DNA of 64,000 nt, from positions 2,046,001 through 2,110,000 of the forward strand of contig OZ374563.1 of assembly GCA_977862235.1 (NCBI GenBank). The letters run 5' to 3'. This document shows positions 33,701-43,295 of this stretch, piece after piece. Each line of letters begins with the position of its first letter. Positions within the stretch are counted from its first letter, which is position 1. This DNA is from Dudresnaya verticillata. Its lineage: Eukaryota. The translations under genes and the position numbers were made by a program. The notes beneath the pieces were generated by a model, which did no database searches, was not told where the DNA came from, and saw nothing but the letters and a program-made list of their open reading frames with translations.

Positions 33701-35022
33701 CGCCCAGTAGAGACAAGATTGTATCCCATCTGCGGGATGAAGAGGGCCTTCTTGAGCCGAATATTGGCATGCTCAAACGGCAGAATCACATCTCCACATA
33801 GGTCCGAGGTGACAGACGACTTGTCCGCAAGCACTACAGTACGCTTTTCGCAGCGCGATACTGAGCTCGGTACAAAAGAAGTCATTGAGTGGAAGCAATG
33901 CACCGTTGCTCCACTGTCGGCATACGTTCCTTGGTCGTTCGGAGGAACAACAGTAGTCATCTCAACCGATGCACCGGCGATTTCTACCTTTGCAGATTTA
34001 CCATTATTCTTACCAGATGCAGCTACCGCCGAGTTGGCGTTGCCCTTTTTGCCCTGGTTGGTGAACATCTGTCGCACCTTTGGAGGAAGCTTGTTGTTAG
34101 GATTTTCCGGATTGAGATAGCATCGATCCGCGGTGTGTCCATCCTTGTCGCAAACATCACAGTGAAGGTGCCGGTTCGGGGTGGAGTGAGCCTGCTTGGC
34201 GGACTTGAGTGCAACCGCCAACGCACGGACGGTGGATTCAATATCAGAAGAGTCATCGGAGTCGTCGTTGTCATCCAGCGGGTTGTGTTGCTGGCGAGAA
34301 CCTGACGACGCGGACTTCTTTTTCTTCTTCCGACGACTCTTCGACTTACTGGATCTCCCACCTGCGTTTGATCCATGAGAATCTTTGGCGTTGTACTCAT
34401 CGATCAGCGTGGTTGCGACGTAGTCCCAAGTCAGCTCAGCAGCATCTTTGGTGCGAAGAGCTGCAGCTGTTGACTCCAGGTGGCAGGACGGATCAATGGA
34501 AGCAAGCAGCATAGGTGCCTTATGTGTCTCCGGTATTGCCGAGTCGTTGCCCATGCGGTCGAGTTGGGCGAACAGTGACGTGTACTGGTCGACATAGTTG
34601 GACATATTCTGACCGGTGTACGTCATACGGAATAGCTTGGTCTGTACGGCGATACGGGATACGGTTCGACTGGACGCATAGCGCGAGTCCAATAGCTCCA
34701 GCATGCGTTTGGGGTCATCATCAACCTCCATAACGACACGAAGCGGAGCATCACCAAGTGCGGAGATAATGATCCCGCAAGCCTTCTCACGTTTGGCCAA
34801 GGTTCTGGCGTGAAGAATGGAAGTATCCGCTGAGGCCTCTCCAGTTGACTGTGAGCTGCTCGGTGTGTCGTTTGAGGTGTGGACAACATTCCAAACCCCT
34901 TTGATGCGGCATGCGGCACGAAGGCGATGACGCCAGAGACTGTAGTCGTCACCTCTCCTGCCGTGGAAACGGGGTATCTTGACCCCGCTCGAAGTATCCA
35001 TCTCGGCTTCGGTATCAGTCAT
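30700..35022 (-). CDS. Copia Gag-Pol polyprotein (1440 aa)
   Basis: Zinc knuckle CDVCDKDGHTADRC, protease DSGA, WHRRLAH...CRAC, integrase HSD...HSDG...NGIAER, RT LDVKTAFLNG...YGLKQ...YVDD, RNase H DAD...ESEY...DNQ...KHID. Confidence 0.97.
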   Translation of the reverse strand: MTDTEAEMDTSSGVKIPRFHGRRGDDYSLWRHRLRAACRIKGVWNVVHTSNDTPSSSQSTGEASADTSILHARTLAKREKACGIIISALGDAPLRVVMEVDDDPKRMLELLDSRYASSRTVSRIAVQTKLFRMTYTGQNMSNYVDQYTSLFAQLDRMGNDSAIPETHKAPMLLASIDPSCHLESTAAALRTKDAAELTWDYVATTLIDEYNAKDSHGSNAGGRSSKSKSRRKKKKKSASSGSRQQHNPLDDNDDSDDSSDIESTVRALAVALKSAKQAHSTPNRHLHCDVCDKDGHTADRCYLNPENPNNKLPPKVRQMFTNQGKKGNANSAVAASGKNNGKSAKVEIAGASVEMTTVVPPNDQGTYADSGATVHCFHSMTSFVPSSVSRCEKRTVVLADKSSVTSDLCGDVILPFEHANIRLKKALFIPQMGYNLVSTGRLADKGIESHFRRLDVRLVLDSDGYYIGSGVRDASSGMYMLPEPEPHTSEEQVLAVPSTQQTTELWHRRLAHINFRDLAKVHEHVEGVPELGSTHEVCRACRLGKAHKQSFPGHFRLAKAVGDLVHSDIVGPIQISFPDRFRYATTFLDDKSRFLVVACMRSRRMLSAAFDQASAKFIELGGAEITKLHSDGAQEYLALQKDLGGVGDSGKSFSPPYTPELNGIAERVNRTMVEAALTLLIQADLPGCLWPFALKHVNYVRNRVPHSTVGATPYSVMTGDVPDLKHLRVFGCAAYVLRLPRGSKFESRALEGVHLETLEHGIYRILVTGGDGIPRVVESRHVTFDESKFPGAPSLLEYGQDEADSDEDYESNSEASICNSDSDDDVSLGNFEDEEDAIEVDTPSSPPLPPSEPSSFESDDTAEEENVSDSPPAGVSSDPERQQQSRYPRRQRRQTSKWFMASSAQAEQQVALTTGDEPTLREAMSATPEERGLWQSAIDDEFASLESKGTWVRDDSPGAQPLPTHAVLKVKRKSDGTVERFKARVVAGGNFQTYGEDYMETYAPVVSFSLVRMFLYLVLCLNLFVAQLDVKTAFLNGDLAEHVWVMSPRGIPGRESLCYKLLKAMYGLKQAHLAWHTKLCGDLARMMFEELPSAPCVFRRKSKSSGYAYILVYVDDLLILAPTKAERDAIVKELQGLYDLRLSEGVDLFLGVELGWKLDSDGRFVSLKMTQQVYTESVLRRFGLQNSKPACTPMVESFFTGLAAEEDKAVVSVETYQQMIGSLLYLGLRTRLDILASVLILARFQKAPTAYCHRGAKRVLRYLRGTHKHGVTYQSGSTRIQAYVDADYAGDTTDRKSMSGYMVKLGDAVCIWGSKKQSTVALSTCESEYYAMTLAAKETVWVTRVLKEADLNVEGPVPLRSDNQSAINWATGERCPSGRAKHIDVRVHFIRELVADSVLEVVYVPSEDNDADLLTKPLGPTLLNRILPRVGLGGAIEEEC
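30706..30714 (-). other. Polypurine tract GAGGAGGAG
   Basis: Directly abuts the 3' LTR and overlaps the last codons of pol (EEE). Confidence 0.8.
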
Positions 35023-35800
35023 CGCTGTTGCGACTGGTGGTGAGAAGAGATAACTTGAATAGTTTTAGAAAACTTGGTAAACTTGGGGCAGTGCTGTTAG
35101 TGCAACAGTGTCGATGCCCAGAGGGTAATAGTCGTGTTAAGCAGAGCAGTGCAGCTCACACAACGAAGACGTGACGACGAAACTGAGAAATGTGTCGAAC
35201 ACGTCGGTAATATAATACAGTCACAAGCGGAGCACACTTTGCCAAGTAGCTCCCACGCTTGGAGTAATGAAACTCTCAGGTGATGATGGGATCACCTGGA
35301 CTGAAGAAGAAAAGTTGAAACTTGAAGTTGAAAAGTTGATTCTTGATAGTTGAACGTCTTTTTGACGCGGGATGTTCTGGCACCAGGTTCTACCTAGTCA
35401 CCCCTAGGAGTCGGACTCCTGGCCCCCGGATATGATTCTCCGGGTGAAATGCGTCTTTCAGCAGCCCTTTCGTGTCGTGCGCACACAGACACGAAGTATG
35501 CAATCCTTACGAGACGTCCACCTTATGGGTACTAACTCAAAACGAGTGTTCACCACACGAACAGGTCCAGTCTCTTGCAGGAATGGAACTAGGCCCAACC
35601 GTGTCAAGGTTCTGGATCTTACTGGAGGCTGCTCCCCTAGGCCAACGAGGTCCTGACTTAACGAGAGTCACCACGCACAACACTCAACCTCTCAGCAAGC
35701 TCACGGACCAAGACAACAGCGGACGAGAGCCTCGAGAACTCTCTCACAAAATCAGAGACACAAGCCGACACAGTGGGATAGGGACCACTTTCAACAGACA

Positions 35801-35860
35801 ACAAGCAGACAGGACAGGACACAAGCCGACAGGACAGGACACAAGCAGACAGGACAGGCC
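35801..35860. repeat. 3 x 20-bp tandem repeat in the Copia leader
   Basis: ACAAGC(A/C)GACAGGACAGG(A/C)C at 35801, 35821 and 35841. Confidence 0.85.
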
Positions 35861-35944
35861 AGGACGGGACCGGACAGTATCAAGAATGAAAAGAAAAAGG
35901 AAGAAGGTTGCAGCGAAGCGATGAAGTCTGCGTAGGTCGACCTT

Positions 35945-35958
35945 CTGGGCCCATAACC
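35945..35958 (-). other. Primer-binding site GGTTATGGGCCCAG (half-tRNA-iMet type)
   Basis: Immediately follows the 5' LTR and is complementary to the anticodon arm of initiator tRNA-Met, as in Drosophila copia. Confidence 0.88.
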
Positions 35959-36950
35959 TGAAAAGGAATATGGAGAGGTTGGAGTTGAACAAGATGAGAA
36001 ATGGAAGTCGCTTGACTTCGTTTACTGCAGTCGACCATCCGACAAGGCTTATATCAGCTTTTCGGATGAGTTGCTGCGTGAACACAAACAAAACAAATCA
36101 TTAAAGAAACGCCCAAAATCCCTATCATCAAATGGGCGGGAAAAAGTAAAACAATTAAATCTACCAAATCATACTCTCAGCACACTCACATCCGCCACCA
36201 AAATGGGCGGGAACTTGCACACCAGTGTTGCTAACTGCTGACATCAGCAATCCCTCTTGCGACCGCATTTCCTGCCATCCATATGTACTCCAACTTTGGG
36301 CGGGAACTCGAAAGTATCGAGTGTCCCCGCATGGCTGCTGTCGGACAACGCTGCACACCACGTGGCCGCACTTACCAGCTCAAGTCCGTCCATGAATATC
36401 CAACTTGGATCATTGACCACGTAATCACCCAGATTTGCCTACGTGGCAGCTGTAAACCAACGTGTCGGCCGCACGACAGCTACGTGGCAACTGTAAACCG
36501 ACGTGTCGGCCGCACGACAACTGCATCTGCTGATATCACAAGCCAGGCTCCACGTAGCGCAAGTCCCTGCAGTACCAACTCAGACGCCATCAGCACATTG
36601 CATGGCACGTTCATATGTACTTGTGGAGTACAGTGCGCGTCATACCAACACCATTCCATGCCATACCACGTGCATCCATGTGGTCCAATCAGATCGTTCC
36701 ACTTGGCCGTTCCTGTTATAACCGCCAATTCCAGCACAACACTTGTAAGCCATATAGACCATGGAGGCGGTTTGTAACAACCAATCAGAAGCCCGTTTCA
36801 CGTTGCTTTTGCAAAAGGCCTAAATGCGCCGTGATTTTGGAAGCCCGGAAAAAGGGCTGTCGTCTCCGGAAGGTTTGGTGAAAGCGTGCCAGGGTACCAT
36901 CTGGGGTACCTGACCCGTGACGTGAGGCGCCAGCGACCATGTCCTCAACA
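35959..36950 (-). repeat. 5' LTR of the Copia element (992 bp)
   Basis: No difference from 29714-30705 seen by eye; ORF-track translations inside the two copies are identical. Confidence 0.96.
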
Positions 36951-39918
36951 AGAGCTTTGCTGTTTCCCCTTCCCACTTGGGCAGTACCCGCAGTCATCGG
37001 AGGACCGAAACGTTAGAGTTCTGTGCTCTCCAGTATGCCTTCAGTAGCTTTCTCGCGTTCTGCAATGCGCTGCCATCCTTGTACCTCGGCATATGAAGAC
37101 TTTGAGCTCGCGTGTTTTTCCATTAGTTCATAGAACAGAACTCCCAATACTGCATGCTTTTGATCACGAATCCATTCAATTGCCCTGCTCTTCGACAACA
37201 TAGCACGCAATAGACCCATGACATGTGCAATGTTCTCATCAAGCTTCTCATTTCAGCGGCAGACACTTCGAGCGAATACTGAGCTGGTTAATTTGCAAGA
37301 AGAACGAATGGGCTTAGCGGGTAGAGAAGAGCAGTACATGGCTAAAGAGCATGCACATGGTTACCGCTCGGCGCACCTCTGCTTCGTGTGGGGAGGATCG
37401 CAATGAGCGTAAATCGCATTTGAATGGCGCTTGGAATGATGTCTGTCAGCAACGTAACCCATCGCGCTCTATCACAGCTGCAAGTTTGCAGTCGTGCCTT
37501 GAGTTCGCGTGGGTACTAGCAGCAGTAGATGTATCCCAGTGTGCTCATTGCTCGGCGCTCGCTTGTACAGCTTCTATATTCTGCGTGAGTGGGCGTCCAG
37601 TTCACGTCATTTTGTCGTGGGTCTCCTCGGACACTCTTGCAGGGAATAGATACCTTGATCAGCCCGCACTCGCCAACCGGTACAAGCTTGAAACACAGAA
37701 CCGACTTCTCGGCAGCAACTGCGGCATACTAGACGCTGAGCGGGTTGAGCCTAATACAAGAAGGCTGGCGGGTCTTGTTTGCGGAGCTGAAGGCATGCTC
37801 GCTCCATTCCGGCGTGCGGGCAAAGCAACGGATCACGGCATCGTCCTGTTCAAGTCGCAGACAGATGAAGCGATTGGGGAAGAGAGATGTTGCCGCATCT
37901 CGTCTTGTTCCTCCCGTTTTGCCGAGAGAGATCTTCGAACGAAACTTCTCTGCGACCGGTGGAGACAATCGAGGTCCGCTCTGGAGAGTTTCAAGGAGCA
38001 CTCCTGCCATGCCCACGGAAGAAACTGATCTGGGAATGGGGGCGGACAATCCGCCTTATCCACACTGCTCCCGGTGCTGTAAGAAAAATCATACGGCTTA
38101 CAGACGTGAAACTGGTATAGTAACAGCAAATCAAGCGTCACTGCACAAAAGATCTCGGGATCAAACCGCCTCCCTATGTGGTTTGCACCAACGTCGCAGT
38201 CGATGTGCTCGCCGAGCACTGCTCCGGCAAAATGCCCTCACTGAACATTCTTCGATTTTTAGCAGAACCAGCCTTTGATGCGCTCAATAACCGCATAAAT
38301 AGCCACAAGGGTTTGGAATTTTTGGAGCATCCTCTACGATGAGAAAACTTCTCCTGCTACTTCAGGAAGAAATACATTTGTCGATCTACAGCACTATATC
38401 GTTGCTCTATGGGCATTTCCAGACTACTTGTGCAATTTTCATGTATCTCATTAGCATAATTATTCCGCCCCACTGCATCCGAAAATACCAAGCTGCTTGA
38501 GCTGCCGTTTTAGCGCCACCTTCTGTTCCTTATCCATATCTGCTCCCTATCTTCTATTTTCAAGGCAGTCATTGCCGATCAAGGAAACACTCTGAAAATC
38601 TGGGTTGAATACGGAAGAGGATTTCTATCTTTCACGAATAGGTTGAGAAAAAGTACTAAAAAGCTAGCTACAGTAGAAAAAACAATAAAATGCTAGGGAT
38701 GAGTAGAAATGTATTTTTTACTCAATGGCTTGATTCGACGTTGCAGTGCCCAGCCTGCTTGAACAAAGCTCTTCTACTTCATTACAGCAGTCAGATTCGA
38801 TCTGTGGTATCGTATTGTTAATACTTCAGGTGGAAGAAGGAGAAAGAAATATCGAAGACCACCGAGAGGAAAATTCCTCTCAATGAGTGGCAGTGACCTA
38901 CTTGAAGCCTGCTTGAAAACATTCATAAAATACGCAGCAGTTAGATTCACCTCTCCCTATGCTTCCAAAAACCTTTTCCGCCCCTTGGGTATTGATAATA
39001 ATAGCAGTACAATTTTTTATTCTTGTCGATGGATGCAAACGCAAGAAAATAATTCGATATCTATAAGGTTGCTCTGAGCAACAGGAGAAAAAATTTTCCT
39101 TCGATATGCGAGTGAGGTACAGCACCAGAAGCATCAATAAATGAGAGTTCAAAGGCGAAATGACTAGGTGTTTCACTTTAGAGGTGGCTACACCATTGAT
39201 CAGAAATTCTAGTTTTGTCTAAAGACTGGGCTGTGTCTCTAGACGTAGTCTGCCGTGCTGCGGACATTTGCGGCGGCAACCTTGGACCGACGTCAGGCCG
39301 AATTTAATCAGCAAGCAGCACTGCTTCGCGAGTATTAAAGCAGCCAATGACTCTCCGCCACGCAGAAGATCTTGCGGATCACCGGGACGCGTGACGTGGA
39401 ACGGCCGACGGTGCCCGCCGCCGCGTTCTGTCGATCTGACTTCTCTGTACGCGAAGCTGTGCAGCATTGTTCCGTGGCACCCTGTTGGAAAGGTCTTTTT
39501 CGTTCCAAAGTTCCCTTTGGTAGCGAAGGGTACCCTTCCTTCAGCAACCCTCCTTCGCTACCCAATGCATACGGTACCCCATGTGCAATCACCAACTGAG
39601 CTCCGCACGGTCTGTTCTCTCCGAGAAACATAGAGCGGACGTCTCCTCTTTTGGACGAAAAAGGGACCTCTTTCCTCAGCAACGTTTTCGGCTCCGAGAA
39701 GCCAAATGTTGCGTAGGGGGTTCTACTTTAGAGGATGGTACTCTCCACCTTGACGCGGGCGCAATGGCGTTTGCAGATTTGTAAAATGATGCAGCCCTGC
39801 ACATCAGGCTTCCACTCAGGAAAGAGGAACTCTGGCGTTGACTCACACGCAAGAACCAGGAGGATGAGAAGAAAAAACAAGGAAATCCGCTTGATCAGTG
39901 CAAAAAATAGAACGCTCG

Positions 39919-39992
39919 CGATTCTGGCAGGACTTGAACCTGCAATCTCCGGATCCGTAGACCGATGCCTTATCCAATTTGGCCACAGAACC
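39919..39992 (-). tRNA. tRNA-Arg(ACG)
   Basis: GGTTCTG/CAGAATC acceptor stem, D-arm with TTGGATAA, anticodon loop CTACGGA, T-arm GCAGG-TTCAAGT-CCTGC, and a downstream T6 Pol III terminator (39902-39907). Confidence 0.93.
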
Positions 39993-40640
39993 AGCTGAGT
40001 GATTGGATTCGCCTTCATTATTCTATATGATTCAAAGTGCAGCGTACGCGGCAGCGTCGAGTGGAAGCATCGCACAATGCCACTGAACGCCATTGGAGCT
40101 CAACCCGACGGCAATTGCTAATTCCACAGTGTGTAAGTAGCATCGTAATCCCTTACTGACGGAAATAAAAGCATCGCACTGACGGAAATAAAAGGATCAA
40201 AAAGCATCGCACCGAACGACATCAGCACTGCAGCCGCAAACAGCACCTAATCGCTTACGTTCGAGCCCATCGGAACCCCTTTCAGAAAGAAAATAAACGA
40301 ACAAGCATCGCAGCATTTCTCGCTTGCAACCGAATGCCATCGGCACCGCAACCGACAGCAGTAGCTAATCTCTGAGCGTTCGTAACCACCTGAAGCTCTT
40401 ACAGACAGAAAATAAAACAAACCCGCCAAGCAGCCCTACAACCCTCAGAAACAACAACTGATCGCTCTGCAGCGAAGCATATCATTTATCATCGGTACCT
40501 CACCAATGTCCGAATACAAACCCAGTCGGCAGCTGCATGCGGCGTTTACATATCGAACCATTCCTTTCCTCGTGCTCTCAAGTTTGGAGGCGAAACCTTC
40601 TACTCATCCCGACCGACGTCAACCCCTCTGCTAAACAAGT

Positions 40641-41237
40641 CTAGAACTCTTCCGGAGCACCTCTCCTCTTTCCATATTTCATAAGCCGTTTCATCTGCTC
40701 CTTCAGGTCCTCATGAGTTGTCCTCTCACTAGTCCTAAATTCTATCCTTCTAGAACCAGGCGTGTATTCAACCACGTGAACATCCACAGATTCCAACGCT
40801 TCAATCACATCCTCCAGTTCTTCAAAGCTCGCCTGCTCCACCCAACTCTCCGCGAATAAGTTTGCCACCGCGTGAATCCCTTCCCATTCATCAATTCGAC
40901 TGTCCCAAATGCGCTGCACCTTGGCATGGCACTCCTTCTCAATTTTCACATGCATCCGATACACAGATCTCAACCACCGATGCTGCCGCGCCCCGGAGCC
41001 GTACGTAGAAGTCCACACATCAGGAACCTTCGGCGCTTCCTCGACTTCCTTTTTGAGCTGCTGGATCAGCCTAAACCTTCTTTTGCTAGCTGAATCACTT
41101 CCTTCAATCCATGGCATTATGCCTGTGCGCCACGAAGCTTCCCAGAAGCTGTCGGCGATTGTCGTGCGTCGATACGTGTCTAGCTCATTCATTGCCTCCG
41201 AAAACATCGCTGCTTGGTGTTTCGGAATTTCATCCAA
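40641..41237 (-). CDS. Hypothetical protein, paralog A of an unrecognised family (5' end uncertain)
   Basis: Aligns along its length with 42666-43295 (RTTIAD; WxSTYGSxxRQxRWLRxxYR; FEExEDVxEALE). The frame is open back to 41330 but has no ATG before 41207, so an upstream exon is likely. Confidence 0.65.
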   Translation of the reverse strand: MDEIPKHQAAMFSEAMNELDTYRRTTIADSFWEASWRTGIMPWIEGSDSASKRRFRLIQQLKKEVEEAPKVPDVWTSTYGSGARQHRWLRSVYRMHVKIEKECHAKVQRIWDSRIDEWEGIHAVANLFAESWVEQASFEELEDVIEALESVDVHVVEYTPGSRRIEFRTSERTTHEDLKEQMKRLMKYGKRRGAPEEF

Positions 41238-41978
41238 ACAGGTCTGCTTTTCTTCGTGTTCACCAGCAGCAGGAGATGCTCTTTTCGCTCTTCGTTGTTT
41301 CCTGAATTTTGTGCGGAAGATGAAAGAAGTCTAATAAGTTAATACGTTGCGATGGAATCTAGAAGGGATAGACTTAATATTATCGGTTATGGTATTCTTG
41401 TCCTGATTCGATGGAGAATCGTCTCTACTCCTGGCGATCACCCGATATTCACTTTATTTGTCGGAGCAAGTGCATTCACGCGGAAGAATATGTAACAGGA
41501 AAACTTCTCGGCTTCTCGATTTATATCTGGGGTACGAGTCCCTTTCCACGGTTAGTGTACCTCAGCCTGAAAATTATTCGATACCTGTAGTACTTTACCC
41601 GCCATCATGATGATCGTTCCGCACTCATACAGAACTGTGTAGTGCTCTCCACTTCATATTATTTGCTCTTCTGCAGTTCTTATTTGATACCAAAATGAAG
41701 TTATCTATAGAAAGGCCCCAAAAATCATAGCTGATGCTACAAGCGTGACTGATGAGGCAATATTCACTGCAAACATGCTGCTCAGATCGACAAGGTTTTG
41801 TGCATCTTGAGATCGAATGAGATAGCATCTAGGTATGCAGCATCTTCTGATTTTCGTGGGTTTCTAAGGGGGTGTTGATGTATCCTTGTGCCACCCATAA
41901 ACTGAAAAAGCTAAAGCCAAGAATGATTCTGTACCTTTAAAAGAATCGAGCTGCATCCCGCCTGGATATTTAAACATG

Positions 41979-42230
41979 GAGAGAGAGAGATGCACTTTAT
42001 TGAGCGAGATAAATATGGATAACATCTTCTGATTCAAATTTTATTGCAATTGGCTAAGAGTTGCACTGCATCTTTGCACCACAAACTGCCATACTGGCGG
42101 GACCCCACAATAGATCCTCTCTCCCTGCATAGTACTGTCGCCAGGGCCCCAGTAAGGACCTCGTCAGCGGTGCGCCGCCATAGGGGCCCAAGTTGCCAGC
42201 GCTGGATTGCCTTAAGAAACTGAAGACAGG
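41979..42230 (-). mobile_element. Decayed 3' fragment of an RLE-type (CRE-like) non-LTR retroposon with (TC)n end
   Basis: Ends ATCTCGCTCAATAAAGTGCA(TC)6, nearly identical to 55654-55689. Frame-broken peptides LAPYGG / ADEVLTGALATVLCRERG / WQFVVQRCSATL resemble the RLE C-terminus. Confidence 0.5.
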
Positions 42231-42235
42231 GAAAC

Positions 42236-42380
42236 ATATACTAGCACCGAGCCGCCCTTGAGGAGCCCAAGCACCCATTCAACAAGAGTCCCAGGTGTAA
42301 TTGCCTTCGAAGACGGAACTCGCCATCCTGCCGTTCCAACTCTCGCGCGTCATCCCGTCCTGCCTCCAACTTTCCCGAGG
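42236..42380. repeat. Dispersed diverged repeat, copy 1 (copy 2 at ~50537-50685)
   Basis: Shared collinear blocks ATATACTAGC, CCGCCCTTG, CCAAGCACCCATTCAACA, AACTCGCCATC, TCTCGCGC, ACTTTCCCGA. Confidence 0.75.
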
Positions 42381-42665
42381 GCCAACGATTAGAAATTTTC
42401 GCTCTTGAAGCACTCTTAACAACTGTAGGCCCAATCCTACCTCGCGTCTACCTGCTCCATCCATATTTCCCGCCGCAAAAGGAGCAAAAACATACAAACA
42501 TGTACCTACGTTCTGCAGCTATTGGGTATCTCACACAATATTCTACTTCCTCAAAACAGAATTGAACTTTACTAATGAGACCTGCTGCTCGCCTTTCAGG
42601 TTCCGGGGATACTGTTCGAGGCACATGGCATGACTGAACTGCGTTCCTGTGCCTCTAGAAATTAT

Positions 42666-43295
42666 TCAAATCATCCACGGCGTCTCAACGCTGTGGGACA
42701 TCAGTTTCTGCAACTGTCCCTCCACTCTCTCAGGATCTCTCGTGGCAGAGGTTTCGAAATATCTATAGCGCGTTCCGCTGCTATCAATATCTCCAAGTGC
42801 ACTGGCATAGTTGGGGCCGAACAAGGGGTCATCAATTGCAATCAAAGGAACTCTCGCAACCTCCAACGCCTCTACCACATCTTCCATTTCTTCGAACCCC
42901 GCGTTGTCGAGCCATTTGACTGTAATGAGGTCGGCCAGAGCCTGCAAACCTTCCTTGATATCGCACCTGCTTCTCCAAACACGATTCACCTTTGTCCTCC
43001 AGTGCTCATCAGTCTTAACCGGAATGCGGTACGCGCACCTCAGCCATCTCATCTGCCGCGACATACTACCATATGTCGAACTCCACTCTGCAGGAACGCC
43101 CATTGCAGTTGGCATTAGCTCCTTCTGGAGCTGCTGTATTATAGTAAATCTTTCCGGTAACTCTCGGTTCCCGACCCATGGTGAATGCAAAAATTCATCT
43201 GCAATAGTAGTACGCTCGCCATTCGCTAGCTCTCTTAGAGCAATCCGAAAACTTTCGTTCTCTGCAACGACTCCTCGTCGCTCTATCGAATCCAT
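42666..43295 (-). CDS. Hypothetical protein, paralog B of an unrecognised family (209 aa from ATG 43295)
   Basis: Intact ORF with clear protein-level similarity to 40641-41237. Confidence 0.7.
   Translation of the reverse strand: MDSIERRGVVAENESFRIALRELANGERTTIADEFLHSPWVGNRELPERFTIIQQLQKELMPTAMGVPAEWSSTYGSMSRQMRWLRCAYRIPVKTDEHWRTKVNRVWRSRCDIKEGLQALADLITVKWLDNAGFEEMEDVVEALEVARVPLIAIDDPLFGPNYASALGDIDSSGTRYRYFETSATRDPERVEGQLQKLMSHSVETPWMI

Larger units (their letters stand above)
29714..36950 (-). mobile_element. Full-length intact Ty1/Copia LTR retrotransposon (7237 bp) with 5-bp TSD AGAGC
   Basis: Two 992-bp TG...CA LTRs; AGAGC at 29709-29713 and 36951-36955; single gag-pol ORF with PR-IN-RT-RH order; PBS and PPT present. 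Confidence 0.97.

Noticed and set aside
29916..36881. Duplicated 66-164 aa ORFs (e.g. 30038-30532 and 36283-36777)
   Set aside because: They are chance frames inside the two LTRs with no protein motifs; the duplication is explained by the LTRs.
29365..37219. Idea that the Copia insertion disrupted an intact gene
   Set aside because: Removing the element and one TSD gives stops at once in the minus-strand frames checked (GCT CTC TAA; AAA TAG), so the flanks look already decayed.
42279..42281. In-frame TGA conserved in both dispersed repeat copies (C*MGAW) as possible selenocysteine
   Set aside because: All frames are equally conserved there because the DNA is identical, the upstream frames differ by indels, and no SECIS was recognised.
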